40,182 nucleotides of DNA from Halorussus marinus (lineage in GTDB: Archaea > Halobacteriota > Halobacteria > Halobacteriales > Haladaptataceae). How positions within the stretch are numbered: position 1 is the first letter of the stretch; every line of letters starts with the position of its first letter. The translations under genes were made by a program, and so were the position numbers. Below the pieces are notes generated by a model. It made no database searches. It was not told where the DNA came from and saw nothing but the letters and a program-made list of their open reading frames with translations. Shown one piece after another: positions 10,225 through 20,456 of the stretch. The stretch is from positions 248,001 through 288,182 of the forward strand of contig NZ_SBIV01000006.1 of NCBI RefSeq assembly GCF_004765795.1, given 5' to 3'.

Positions 10225-12036
10225 CTACTCCCCGAAGGCGTTCGTCTCGACGGTGTCCTCGTAGCTCATCGAGTCGAGTTCGACGGTGAACGTCTGGCCG
10301 GCGTACTCGACCACGACGTAGTACGAAACCGACAGCGCCGACCGCTCGCCGTTTTCGAGGTGGCTGACCCACCACTCGGGAATCTGGTCGGTGTCGAGGT
10401 AGCCGGTGGTCGAGACCTCGCGAGTGGTCCCGCCCGGGATGGTCGTTCCGACGGCGCTCTCGTTGTCGGCCAGCACCACGTCGTTCATCCGGATCTCGTA
10501 GCCGAACGTCTCGACGGTCATCGGGCCGGTCCGCTCGTTTGTCACGTCGCCGGCGATCGCCATCGGCGTGGCGTTCATCGTGGGTTCGCCCCACTGGGCG
10601 TCCATGTTTTCGAGCGTGGCGGTGTGTCTGCCCCGGATCTCGACGCGCTCCTCGCTGCCGTCGAAGCCGCCGAGGAGGTCGGTCTCGAACGCGGTCGAGC
10701 GCTCGGGCACGTCGACGGGGACCGCGGCGAATCCGACGTCTGCGGTCACGTCGGCCGCGGTCGTCAGCTCGGTCCGCTCGCCGCGCGTGACGTGACTCAG
10801 CCACCACCGCTTGACGGTGTCGTCGCCGACTGCGCTCTCGAAGCTGATCTCGTTGCGCCCCTCGGTGAGCGTGGCTCGCTTGCGGTCCTCGATGAGGGCC
10901 ACGTCGTTGAGCGACACCCGGTAGTTCGCGTCGAGCGCGACCTCGCCGAGCGTCCCGTTCGCGCCGTTGGGGTTGTCGACGACCACGGTCGTCCCGAACC
11001 GCGTGCCGGCCTCGGTGTTCGTCCACCCGCGCTCTACCGACTCGACGGTCGGGGCCGCGAAGTCGGTGTCGGCGCCGGCGTCGAGTTCGCGGGCCGTCGC
11101 CTCGCCGCCGCCGAGGATGTCGGTCTCGAAGGCGACGCGCTTGCTCATGAACGACAGCGGGATCCGTTCGGTGCCGTCGTCGGTCTCGACCTCCGCGAAC
11201 GCCTCGACCGCGAGGGTGGTCTGCTCGTCGTTGCGGACGTGGCTGACCCACCACTCGTCGAGCTTCCGGTTGTCGAGCACCGACTGTATCCGGATGGTCT
11301 CGGTCTCGTTGGCGCCGATCTCGACGCGCTCGCCCGTCGTGCCCTCGGCGACGGTCACGTCGTTCATCGAGACGGTGTATCCGATCGTCCCGAACTCGAT
11401 GGGCTCGCCGTTGGGGTTGGTGACGGTGCCCGAGAACCGGAGCGGGGTCTCGTCGGTCGTCGCCGTTCCCCACGAGGCGTCGGTCTCCTCGACGGTCAGG
11501 AGCGTCCGGCCGCCGGCTTCCACCGACTCGGCCGAGTCGCTGTCGAACGCCGCGAGCAGGTCCGTCGAGAAGGTCCGCTCTTGGGCGTCCAACTCGGTGG
11601 AGAAAAGCGGCGCGTTCACCGACGGTCTGATCGAGACCGTGGTCTGCTCGCCGTCGTTGATGTGGCTCGCCCACCACTCGGGGATCTTCCGGTTGTCGAT
11701 GTCGGTCCGGAGGACCAGTTCGTTCTGGCCCGACGAGAGGCTGACCGCGCCGCTGGCCCCCGACGCGACGGTCACGTCGTTCATCGCCACGTCGTAGGAG
11801 ACGCCCGCGACGCCCGGTATCCCCACGCCGTTGGGGTTGTTCACGACGACCCGGGTCTCGACGCCGGTCGTCTCGTCGGTCACCTCGCCCCACTGGTTGT
11901 CGATCGATTCGACGGTCGGCGCCTCGGGGCTCACGACGCCGGTCGTCAGCGCCGCGCCGACCCCGACGGCCGTGACGACCAGCCCGGCCGCGAGCACGGC
12001 CGCGACCTTGCCGAGCGTGCCGCCGACGATGCTCAT
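10225..12036 (-). CDS. Membrane-anchored LEA type 2 (WHy) protein with four repeated domains
   Basis: N-terminal hydrophobic anchor; repeated VxNPN-like, Y..MNDV-like and WWxSHxxxxE motifs in four units of about 140 aa. Confidence 0.88.
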   Translation of the reverse strand: MSIVGGTLGKVAAVLAAGLVVTAVGVGAALTTGVVSPEAPTVESIDNQWGEVTDETTGVETRVVVNNPNGVGIPGVAGVSYDVAMNDVTVASGASGAVSLSSGQNELVLRTDIDNRKIPEWWASHINDGEQTTVSIRPSVNAPLFSTELDAQERTFSTDLLAAFDSDSAESVEAGGRTLLTVEETDASWGTATTDETPLRFSGTVTNPNGEPIEFGTIGYTVSMNDVTVAEGTTGERVEIGANETETIRIQSVLDNRKLDEWWVSHVRNDEQTTLAVEAFAEVETDDGTERIPLSFMSKRVAFETDILGGGEATARELDAGADTDFAAPTVESVERGWTNTEAGTRFGTTVVVDNPNGANGTLGEVALDANYRVSLNDVALIEDRKRATLTEGRNEISFESAVGDDTVKRWWLSHVTRGERTELTTAADVTADVGFAAVPVDVPERSTAFETDLLGGFDGSEERVEIRGRHTATLENMDAQWGEPTMNATPMAIAGDVTNERTGPMTVETFGYEIRMNDVVLADNESAVGTTIPGGTTREVSTTGYLDTDQIPEWWVSHLENGERSALSVSYYVVVEYAGQTFTVELDSMSYEDTVETNAFGE

Positions 12037-12129
12037 CGTTCCGCCTCCGTTCGCCGTTCGCGTGCCATGCGAGGCCGTTTCGAGACCACCCCTAAGTATG
12101 TTTCCCGACTCGCGGCGAGCCCACCGGCG

Positions 12130-12966
12130 CTATCGGATCTTCCGGACGTTGCTGATGTCGAACCCGGCCTCGTGGATCTCGGTCTCGAAGCGGATCACGT
12201 CCTCGGCTTCGAGCCGCGAGAGCACGCCGCGAAACTCCCGAACGTACATCACTCGGTCGCGCTCGCTCCCGCCGGTCTCCCACTCGAAGGCGATGGTGCC
12301 GTCGGTCGCGCCCATCAGGTCGCCCATCTCGACGTCGGTGAGCGCGTCCTGGTTCACCAACACGAGGATGAGCCCGCTCCACGCCCGCGAGGCCTTCTGG
12401 AGGCCCTTCATCAGCAGGGTCACGTCGCTCCAGCCGAGATGTTCCTCGGGCGCGCGAGTCAGGTCGGTCAGCGAGTCGATCACGACGAGGTTGTTGGCGG
12501 CGTTGCGGTTGAGATGCTCGCCGACCGCCTCCAGCACGCCCCGGCGCTCGCTCCCCTGTCCGAGGTCGGTGATGGTCTGGGTCCGGCGGGTGTACCACTC
12601 CCGGGGGATCGGCGACAGCTGGAAGTACTCCTGGCTGAAGTCGGCGAACGTGACCGCATCGAGGGCCGACTCGACGATCTCCTCGTCCATCGTGTACTCG
12701 ACTTCCCGGCGGAGTTCGTCGCCGCTGGCGGTGAACGAGACGTAGTGGATCTCCTCGGGGACCGCGGCCCGGTCGTCGACGTCGCCGTAGTGGAGGTCGA
12801 ACTGCTCGTCGTCGGTGTGGGCCAGCCCGTTGATCGCCGCGCTGGTGTAGAGGAACTCGCGGGCCCCCGCGCCGGTCTCGCCCGCCAGCAGGACCACGCT
12901 TCCGGGCGGTGCGCCGCCGCCGATGATCGAGTCGAGCCGGGAGACGCCGAAGGGGATTCGATCCAT
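12130..12966 (-). CDS. KaiC/RAD55-like RecA-fold protein with degenerate Walker A
   Basis: IPFGVSRLD..IGGG start, P-loop GETGAGARE lacking the Lys, VVIDSL Walker B, REFRG. Confidence 0.85.
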   Translation of the reverse strand: MDRIPFGVSRLDSIIGGGAPPGSVVLLAGETGAGAREFLYTSAAINGLAHTDDEQFDLHYGDVDDRAAVPEEIHYVSFTASGDELRREVEYTMDEEIVESALDAVTFADFSQEYFQLSPIPREWYTRRTQTITDLGQGSERRGVLEAVGEHLNRNAANNLVVIDSLTDLTRAPEEHLGWSDVTLLMKGLQKASRAWSGLILVLVNQDALTDVEMGDLMGATDGTIAFEWETGGSERDRVMYVREFRGVLSRLEAEDVIRFETEIHEAGFDISNVRKIR

Positions 12967-13020
12967 GCGCTCGTCTCGGGTCGTCTCGGCCGGGGCGCTT
13001 GGGTCTTTCGTCTGTCGGGC

Positions 13021-13989
13021 CTACCGATCGCCGATCCGGGCGCCGCGGTTTCGGGGTTCGGCGACCAGCACCTCGCCGTCGACGCCCGCGGCCGCGAGCG
13101 CCTCGCGGGCGACCTCGCGGGCGGGCTCCGAGCGATCTCGCGCCGTGACCCCGTACACCGCCGGGCCCCACGACGACTGGCCCGCGCCTGCGATCGCCGG
13201 CGACTCGTCGAGTCTCGCGACCACCTCGCCGACCGGCGGGCGGTAGACGCCGCCCTGCTCGTCGGCGTACCACGCGCCGTTGAGTCGGCCGACCTCCGCG
13301 ACCGCCGCGCCGAACGCCGCGCGGTCGCCCTCCGCGATCGCGGGGAGGACCCGCCGGCTCACGAGCGCGGCGATCCGATCGGCGACGGCCGGGTCGGCGC
13401 GCTCGACCACCGAGCGCATGCTGTCGTCCTCGTCGTCCCCGTTCCGACCCGGCTCGGCGTCCGGGAGCGCGAGCACGAACCGCCAGTCGTCGGGCACGGG
13501 GCGGCGGGCCGCGACCGCCGGCACCGACCACTCGCCGCGGGGCGGGCGGTCGGCGGTGAACCGCTCGGTCGGGTGGCCGGTGTCGAGGACGAACCCGCCC
13601 GACTCGAACGCCGCCACCCCGACGCCCGACCGGCCGCCCCGTCCGAGCCGGGGCGCTCGCTCGCGGACCCGGGGCTCGGTACCGGTGGCGGTCGCGACCG
13701 CCGCGAGGACCGCGAGTGCGAGTTGGGTCCCGCTCCCGAGTCCGACGTGACGGGGAAGAGTCTCCTCGACGGTCACCGACGCCCCGGGCGCGTCGAGCAG
13801 GTCGACGGCGCGCGCGGCGTACTCGCGGGCGGTCGGGTGGTCGCAGTCGACGCGGTCGGCGGGCTCGGCGGTCACGACCGCTCGCGGGCTCTCGAGCGCG
13901 ACCCCGAGCGAGCCGTAGAGACGCTCGTGAGCCAGCGAGAGGTTCTGGAAGCCAAAGTGGAGCCGACCCCCGACCGAGACGCGCACCAT
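13021..13989 (-). CDS. Beta-ribofuranosylaminobenzene 5'-phosphate synthase family (GHMP fold)
   Basis: RLHFGF, PRHVGLGSGTQ, GRGGRSGVG, GQSSWGP. Confidence 0.88.
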   Translation of the reverse strand: MVRVSVGGRLHFGFQNLSLAHERLYGSLGVALESPRAVVTAEPADRVDCDHPTAREYAARAVDLLDAPGASVTVEETLPRHVGLGSGTQLALAVLAAVATATGTEPRVRERAPRLGRGGRSGVGVAAFESGGFVLDTGHPTERFTADRPPRGEWSVPAVAARRPVPDDWRFVLALPDAEPGRNGDDEDDSMRSVVERADPAVADRIAALVSRRVLPAIAEGDRAAFGAAVAEVGRLNGAWYADEQGGVYRPPVGEVVARLDESPAIAGAGQSSWGPAVYGVTARDRSEPAREVAREALAAAGVDGEVLVAEPRNRGARIGDR

Positions 13990-14040
13990 ACCACCGATTA
14001 CGGGGGCGTCGGGTTCCCGGTTCCGACAGTGGCAAAACTG

Positions 14041-15000
14041 TCAGGCCAGCCGATCGACGACGTGGTCGGCGACCCGGTCGACGCCGTTGTCGTGGCTCGG
14101 CGAGTCCGGCGGGTGGCGGACCGCCCGGGCGACGTGGGCGATCGAGTGTTCGACCTGAAAGCCCCGGACGCCCCGGCGTTCGAGCACCCGGGTGACGCCG
14201 TGCTGTTCGTCGGTGAACGGGTAGACCACGCAGGGCGTCCCGCCGACCGCCGCCTCCATCACCGTCGAGTAGCCCGAACACACCACCACGTCGGCGGCCC
14301 GAATCCAGGGGAGGAGCGCGGGGACCGCCTCCCAGGCGTCGGTGCCGACGAGCGTCACGTCCCGGCCCTCGGTCCGGAGGGTCTCGGCGAGCACGTCGAA
14401 GTTCGTCGAGTAGACGCTCGGGACGACCAGCACGCCAACGTCGACGTCCGGCCCCGAGGAGTCGGTGGGGTCGAGCGCGATCGGCGGGACGTGCTCGACC
14501 CCCGGCGGGTCGCCCTCGTCGGGAGGCCACACCGCGGGGTAGAGAAACGACTCGGCGACCGAGAGCTGATAGCGGTTCAACAGCCAGGTGAACACCTGCT
14601 CGACCGCGGCGTCGTAGTAGGAGGCGGCGTTGTGGGTCACGACGTACACGGGCGTCCCGGTCAGCGAGGCCGCCATCGCTCCGAACATGTCGTCGGTGAC
14701 CAGCGCGGCGGGCTCCTCGCGGCGAAGCCACCCCACGAGGTCGACGACTCGCTTGGCGCTGTACGGCAGGCTTTTGGTCAAAACGCGGCCGAGCGATCCC
14801 TCCTGATAGTCGCCGATGTAGTCGACCGGGGCGGCCCGGAACACCTCGTAGCCGTTGCACTCGATGAAGCGCGAACCGGGACCGCCGCCGGCGAGCACGA
14901 CCTCGACACCCGCGTCTTCGAGCGCCTGCGCGACCCCGAGCATCCGCGTCGCGTGGCCCGCTCCCTCGGGGTAGTGCGCGACGGCGACCGTCCGGTCCAT
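14041..15000 (-). CDS. GT-B glycosyltransferase (family 28-like)
   Basis: Start MDRTV at 15000; EGAGHATR, ADVVVCSGYSTVMEA, P..DEQ. Confidence 0.82.
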   Translation of the reverse strand: MDRTVAVAHYPEGAGHATRMLGVAQALEDAGVEVVLAGGGPGSRFIECNGYEVFRAAPVDYIGDYQEGSLGRVLTKSLPYSAKRVVDLVGWLRREEPAALVTDDMFGAMAASLTGTPVYVVTHNAASYYDAAVEQVFTWLLNRYQLSVAESFLYPAVWPPDEGDPPGVEHVPPIALDPTDSSGPDVDVGVLVVPSVYSTNFDVLAETLRTEGRDVTLVGTDAWEAVPALLPWIRAADVVVCSGYSTVMEAAVGGTPCVVYPFTDEQHGVTRVLERRGVRGFQVEHSIAHVARAVRHPPDSPSHDNGVDRVADHVVDRLA

Positions 15001-15175
15001 GCGTGTGCTTCGACGGCCGCTCGAAAAGTATGTTCCCCTTCTGGAATATCGCTGACTCGTCGGCGGTCGGCGGGCCGGCGACCCCGCCGCGTCCGGGCGA
15101 CCGACCGCCGTCGGATTCGACAGCAACGATTGTCCGAGCACGACAACTTAAGCCGCTCCGGGCTCACCGTCGCGT

Positions 15176-16885
15176 ATGTCCGAGAAACCGGCTGATCTCC
15201 GGAGCAGCGAAGTCACCGAGGGCCCGGACCGCGCCCCGCATCGGGCGATGTTCCGCGCGATGGGCTACGACGACGACGATCTCTCCTCGCCGATGGTCGC
15301 GGTGGCCAACCCCGCGGCCGACGTGACCCCGTGTAACGTCCACCTCGACGACGTCGCCGAGGCCGCCTACGACGGCGTCGACGAGTCGGGCGGGATGCCC
15401 ATCGAGTTCGGGACCATCACCATCTCCGACGCCATCTCGATGGGAACCGAGGGGATGCGAGCCTCGCTCATCTCCCGGGAGGTCATCGCCGACTCCGTCG
15501 AACTGGTCGCGTTCGGCGAGCGCGTCGACGGCCTCGTGACCGTCGCCGGCTGTGACAAGAACCTCCCGGGGATGATGATGGCCGCGATCCGGACCGACCT
15601 CCCGTCGGTGTTCCTCTACGGCGGCTCGATCATGCCCGGCGAGCACGACGGCCGGGAGGTCACCGTCCAGAACGTCTTCGAGGGGGTCGGCGCGGTCGCG
15701 CAGGGCGAGATGTCCGAAGACGAACTCGACGACCTCGAACGCCACGCCTGTCCCGGCGCGGGCTCGTGTGGCGGGATGTTCACCGCGAACACGATGGCGT
15801 CGATCTCGGAGGCGCTCGGGCTCGCGCCCCTCGGGAGCGCGGGCGCGCCCGCCGAGTTCGACGAGCGCTACGACGTCGCCGAGCGCGCGGGCGACCTCGC
15901 GGTCGAGGCCATCGAGGAAGACCGCCGGCCCTCCGACATCCTCGACAAGCGCTCGTTCGAGAACGCAATCGCCCTCCAGGTCGCGATCGGCGGCTCGACC
16001 AACGGCGTCCTCCACCTGCTCGCGCTCGCGGCCGAGGCCGGCGTCGAGTTGGACATCGCGGAGTTCGACGAGATCTCGCGCCGAACCCCGAAGATCGCCA
16101 ACCTCCAGCCCGGCGGCGAGCGCGTGATGTACGACCTCTACGAACAGGGCGGGGTCCCGGTCGTGATCCGGCGGCTCGTCGAGGCGGGCCTGTTCGACGG
16201 CGACGCCGAGACGATCACGGGTCGCACGATCTCCGAGGAGCTCGCGGAGCTCGACCTCCCCGACGACGACGAGATCGACGCCGACTTCGTCCGGCCGGTC
16301 GAGGATCCGTTCCACGAGGAGGGCGCGATCAAGATCCTGACCGGCAACCTCGCGCCCGACGGCGCGGTGCTGAAGGTGACCGGCGAGGACAACTTCCACC
16401 ACGAGGGCCCCGCCCGGGTGTTCGAGTCCGAGGAAGACGCGATGGCGTACGTCCAGGAAGGCCGGATCGAGTCGGGCGACGTCATCGTCATCCGCAACGA
16501 GGGCCCGCAGGGCGGCCCGGGGATGCGCGAGATGCTCGGCGTCACCGCCGCCGTCGTCGGCGCTGGCCACGAGGACGACGTGGCGCTGTTGACCGACGGC
16601 CGGTTCTCGGGCGCGACCCGGGGGCCGATGATCGGCCACGTCGCCCCCGAGTCGTACGTCGGCGGCCCGATCGGTGCCCTGGAGGACGGCGACCACGTCG
16701 TCGTCGACATCGCCGACCGGACGCTCGCGGCCGATCTCACCGACGCGGAGATCGAGTCCCGGCTCGACGCCCGCGAGGAGCCCGAGCCCGCCTACGACGA
16801 CGGCGTCTTGGCGAAGTACGGCGCGACGTTCGGGTCGGCCGCCGAGGGCGCGGTGACGAACCCGGGCGTCAAAGGCGACGACTGA
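15176..16885 (+). CDS. ilvD: Dihydroxy-acid dehydratase
   Basis: [62 protein letters not shown]. Confidence 0.98.
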   Translation: MSEKPADLRSSEVTEGPDRAPHRAMFRAMGYDDDDLSSPMVAVANPAADVTPCNVHLDDVAEAAYDGVDESGGMPIEFGTITISDAISMGTEGMRASLISREVIADSVELVAFGERVDGLVTVAGCDKNLPGMMMAAIRTDLPSVFLYGGSIMPGEHDGREVTVQNVFEGVGAVAQGEMSEDELDDLERHACPGAGSCGGMFTANTMASISEALGLAPLGSAGAPAEFDERYDVAERAGDLAVEAIEEDRRPSDILDKRSFENAIALQVAIGGSTNGVLHLLALAAEAGVELDIAEFDEISRRTPKIANLQPGGERVMYDLYEQGGVPVVIRRLVEAGLFDGDAETITGRTISEELAELDLPDDDEIDADFVRPVEDPFHEEGAIKILTGNLAPDGAVLKVTGEDNFHHEGPARVFESEEDAMAYVQEGRIESGDVIVIRNEGPQGGPGMREMLGVTAAVVGAGHEDDVALLTDGRFSGATRGPMIGHVAPESYVGGPIGALEDGDHVVVDIADRTLAADLTDAEIESRLDAREEPEPAYDDGVLAKYGATFGSAAEGAVTNPGVKGDD

Positions 16886-16973
16886 GGCGGCGGGCCGGGC
16901 TCGCGGTACCCAGACCGGACCCCGCTCGCCGGCGCGACGACGCCACGCGGAAGCTCTCGGCGGGTCGGCGCCG

Positions 16974-17252
16974 CTACTCCTCGCGGAGCGCGCTCGCGAT
17001 CGCTTCGAGTTCGGCCTTCCGGAACGGGCGGTCGGCCTCCGTCGGATCGGCTTCGTCGGACTCGCCGAGCGCCCGGAGAATCCCGGCCCGCATTCGGGAC
17101 TTCGACGGCAACCGATTCCCGTCGATCTCGTGGCCCACGGCGTCACAGATCGCCGCGAGGGCCTCTTTGGTGAACGCGGTCGACTCGATTCGGTCGTGTC
17201 GTCCCACACTGCGTCGGATCTCGTTTCGGAGGTCGTCGACGGTCGGTGACAT
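16974..17252 (-). CDS. Conserved-looking hypothetical protein, 92 aa
   Basis: ATG at 17252 (MSPTVDDLRNEIR); acidic, helical, with internal near-repeat FTKEAL / FRKAEL. Confidence 0.7.
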   Translation of the reverse strand: MSPTVDDLRNEIRRSVGRHDRIESTAFTKEALAAICDAVGHEIDGNRLPSKSRMRAGILRALGESDEADPTEADRPFRKAELEAIASALREE

Positions 17253-17316
17253 AGCTCGTCTACCGTACGGTCGTGTCGTCGGATACATTTATCTGCGTAC
17301 TCGTCGAACTACGATC

Positions 17317-17511
17317 ATGCGCAATCGTCTCATCCGAACGATGAACCGGGCCAAGTACGCGGCCGTCGGCGCCGCGGTCGGCGGTGCCGTGGGCGGGGTA
17401 ATCAGCAGGAACGCCGCGAGCACCGCGGCCGGTATCGGTGCGCTCGTCGGCGCGACGGTCGGCGAGAAGCGGGCTTCGGTGCGGACGCTGGTCGAGGAGA
17501 ACAGAAATTAA
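17317..17511 (+). CDS. Glycine-zipper membrane microprotein, 64 aa
   Basis: MRNRLIRTMNRAKYAAVGAAVGGAVGG...AAGIGALVGATVGEKR; GxxxG repeats. Confidence 0.75.
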   Translation: MRNRLIRTMNRAKYAAVGAAVGGAVGGVISRNAASTAAGIGALVGATVGEKRASVRTLVEENRN

Positions 17512-17552
17512 AAAGGGCGTACGGTGACCTTTGTGCCGGGTGTAAGTTTTAA

Positions 17553-17933
17553 CTAACTACCGAAGGTGAAGACGGTAGCGTTTTGAGCGTTCCCATCGAC
17601 ATTGTAGGCTACCACGGAGTTGGAACTACCACTGCAAGTGATGGTCTGACCGACTTGAGTAGTGTGTTTAGTTGCCCAACCAGAGTCACCGGGACCATCT
17701 ACGGCCGAGCATTTGATTCCAGTCGTACTGGGGCCAAGTGAATTAAGCGTGACTTCGTTGGTGCCACTAGCCGCCGAAACGCCTGCTGAGGCGTTCTGGT
17801 TGACGTTCTCGCCGAGGCCGAGCACGAACGTGCCGATGACGGCGGCCAGAATCACCGTGATGGCGACCATCAGGATGACCCCGATCACCGGGCTCACCGC
17901 GTCGTCGTCCGTGAGTAGTGTTTTGAAGTTCAT
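17553..17933 (-). CDS. pilA: Archaeal type IV pilin, PilA-type
   Basis: Class III signal ([10 protein letters not shown]) with the canonical haloarchaeal H-domain [29 protein letters not shown]; two Cys in the globular part. Confidence 0.93.
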   Translation of the reverse strand: MNFKTLLTDDDAVSPVIGVILMVAITVILAAVIGTFVLGLGENVNQNASAGVSAASGTNEVTLNSLGPSTTGIKCSAVDGPGDSGWATKHTTQVGQTITCSGSSNSVVAYNVDGNAQNATVFTFGS

Positions 17934-17952
17934 GAGTTGTGTTTCTCGTTTG

Positions 17953-18077
17953 GCACGGTATCATCTCTGAGAAGTGGCCGCACATTTTATGCCGAACGAC
18001 CGAGTACTTTGGTCCGTCGGCGGGGAGAGCCTGTCGAAGCCGCCCCACGTCCGACACTTCTCTGTAATGATACGTGC
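17953..18077 (-). promoter_or_regulatory. Structured 5' leader of pilin 1
   Basis: TATA box TTTATATA at 18102-18109 (minus) places the start near 18077; leader ends pair: GCACGUAUCAU..GAGAAGUG with CACUUCUC..AUGAUACCGUGC. Confidence 0.65.
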
Positions 18078-18532
18078 TTAGGTGAGCGTTAAGCTCACGA
18101 GTATATAAAAACTTCTCTACCTAAACGTATGGTTATATTATTCGCTCTTTTCGTTTCCCATTATCCCCCAACAGATAGCATTAGGGCTGGTTAAAACGGG
18201 TCTAAGCCGTCCCATAGAAAAATCAACCGATGGCGAGAGACTACGAGGATCCTTATCTCGAAATCTATGTTGAGCGATTTGGTGAGAGAGTGAGCGCGCT
18301 CGAAACCACCGTCCTCGACCCCGACGACATCGAGATAAAACAGTACACCGATCGCGACTCCTCAGAACTCCGGCGAATCGTCCAAGTCGAACGCGAGTCG
18401 GGACTCGATCCGGCTCTCGCGACCGGACCAGAGCCTTCGGCCCACCGCACTCGCGGCGGGTCTGCACCCCGAAAACCGTCGTCTTCGTCGAACTCGACGC
18501 GCCTCGGCGCGCGCTCTCGGGACCGCATCGGC

Positions 18533-19759
18533 TCACCCGTCGTCCCAGAACAACAGGCCGATCAGCGCGCTACCGAGCGCGCATCCCGCCAACAGCACGA
18601 ACGCCTCGTCGAACCGACCTCGGTCGCCGAGCGCGCCGACGATCGTGGGGGAGGTCGCCGCCAGCAACAGGTACCCGGTCCTGAGCAGTCCGAACCCGGT
18701 CCCCTGCATCTCGGTCGGCAGGCTGTCGACCACGCCCGCCTGCGCGATCGGCCAGAACCCGAGCTGTGCGCTCGCGAGGACTGCGAGTACCACCAACAGC
18801 CAGACCTCGTCGGTCGCGAGCAGGAGCGCGATCGCGCTCGCCGACAGGAAGCTGAACCCGAGTAGGGTCGGCCTGTCGCCGACCGAGTCGGCCAACACGC
18901 CGGCCAGCGGCTGGACGAGGATGCCCGACGCGAAAAACGCGCTGTAGAGGAGCGCCGCCGAGCCCTCCGAGAGCCCCTTTATCGACACGAGGTAGGTCGG
19001 GAAGAAGCTCGTGAACCCCTGATAGACGATCGACATCAGGAGCATCGCCGCGGTGAGCACGAGGGTCTGTCGCCCGGTGACTTCGGCGACGAACCGCCGG
19101 AGGGCGTCCGCCGAGAGGTCGTCGGCCACGCTCTCTTGGCCGGAGGTGCGGGCGGGCACGGCGACCCAGAGTCCGACGGCCGCCAGCGCGAACAGCGGCG
19201 TCGCGGCCGCGAACCCGAGCCGCCAACTCGCGGCGCCGGCCACGACGCCCGCCCCGGCCGGCAGGAGGACGGTCCCGAGGTTCCCGGCGGCCGAGCTGAC
19301 CCCCATCGCCGTCGCCGTCCGATCGGGATAGACGTCCGCGAGCGAGGTGAATCGGGTGGTCGCGTAGACGCCGGTCGCCGACCCCAGCAGGACGAAGCCG
19401 GCGAACAGCGCGAGCGTCGACCACGCGAGCGCGCTGGCCGCGAGCGCCACGATCGCGAGCGCCGAACTCGCCACGAGGACGGCCCGTTCGCCGATCCAGT
19501 CGCCGAGGACGCCACCGGGGAACTGCAACAGCGCGTAGGTGAACCAGAGCGTGCTCAAGAGCAGTCCCGCGGTCGAGAGTCCGATCCCGAAGTCCGCGCG
19601 GATGTACGGAACCAGCGTCGGCGCCGAGAGCCTGACCCCGAGTCCGAGAAACCAGCCGAACGCGATGGTGAACAGAATCCGTCCCCGCCCGTCGCTCGCG
19701 AGATCCGACGCGACCGCACGTACGCGAGCGGAGAGTCCGGAGGAGCCGAACGGAGTCAC
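18533..19759 (-). CDS. MFS transporter
   Basis: About 12 hydrophobic segments; motif A GVLGDWIGER and its repeat GVLADSVGDR. Confidence 0.92.
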   Translation of the reverse strand: MTPFGSSGLSARVRAVASDLASDGRGRILFTIAFGWFLGLGVRLSAPTLVPYIRADFGIGLSTAGLLLSTLWFTYALLQFPGGVLGDWIGERAVLVASSALAIVALAASALAWSTLALFAGFVLLGSATGVYATTRFTSLADVYPDRTATAMGVSSAAGNLGTVLLPAGAGVVAGAASWRLGFAAATPLFALAAVGLWVAVPARTSGQESVADDLSADALRRFVAEVTGRQTLVLTAAMLLMSIVYQGFTSFFPTYLVSIKGLSEGSAALLYSAFFASGILVQPLAGVLADSVGDRPTLLGFSFLSASAIALLLATDEVWLLVVLAVLASAQLGFWPIAQAGVVDSLPTEMQGTGFGLLRTGYLLLAATSPTIVGALGDRGRFDEAFVLLAGCALGSALIGLLFWDDG

Positions 19760-20029
19760 GTCGCCACACTGGTCCGAGTAGCGGCTTATCTGTTGGCATC
19801 CCGGAGAGGGACGGCGCCTTTCTCCGGGCTCGCCGCCGAGACCGTGCGGGCTGGTAGCAATGGTCGGAAAATGTTAACACTGTAACACCTGTACGATACG
19901 ATCCCCATGATGGACGACCAGCACAGTTGACCCAGCGCCCAGTCAGGGAAGTACGTACCGCGTACATCCGTGGCGGGGCCTCCGAACCCGTTCGCCAGAC
20001 ACGCCGACTACCACCCACTCACCCCGCCA

Positions 20030-20305
20030 ATGAACGAACAACGAGATCCGCACCGATCGACACGAACCGCCCGCCCAGAGTACCGCGCGCCCCGGACGTG
20101 GACCGGCCTCGCCCTGTACGTCGGGTTCGGCGCGCTCGTCCCGCTGGCGCTGTTCGCGCTCGCGCATCCGACGGCCGTCGCGGCCGCGATCGCCGGTCTC
20201 AGCGTCGGCCTGCTCGCCCGACCGCTCGGTCACCGACTGACCCGCCGGTCGGGTCGAGTCGAGCGTCCGACCAACGCCGTCGGACGCGCCGCGTCCGAGG
20301 AGTGA
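20030..20305 (+). CDS. Small membrane protein, 91 aa
   Basis: ATG at 20030; two hydrophobic segments; followed by a T-run (gcttttttc) that could act as a terminator. Confidence 0.65.
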   Translation: MNEQRDPHRSTRTARPEYRAPRTWTGLALYVGFGALVPLALFALAHPTAVAAAIAGLSVGLLARPLGHRLTRRSGRVERPTNAVGRAASEE

Positions 20306-20456
20306 CCGCCCGCTTTTTTCGAGGACGCCGCCGACGGCCGCTCGGCTTCGGAACGTGGCGCTGTTTCGATTCGTCGGACGCGTCGGTACACGATAACTGA
20401 TACCGCCGATTTCAGTACCCGGGGTTTTTTCAATTTGGTTCGGAAATATTCCGCGT

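Noticed and set aside
9724..15195. 1823-aa plus-strand ORF
   Set aside because: Antisense shadow of several clear minus-strand genes; Arg/Gly/Val-rich, an artefact of high-GC codon bias.
18230..18865. 211-aa plus-strand ORF (MARDYEDPYLEI...)
   Set aside because: The first 60 or so codons are acidic and follow an AT-rich region, so a gene remnant is possible, but the rest overlaps the MFS gene antisense and no family is recognisable.
19871..19890. TGTTAACA palindrome with TAACAC repeat between the MFS gene and the small membrane gene
   Set aside because: Too short to tell from an ordinary promoter; no adjacent regulator.
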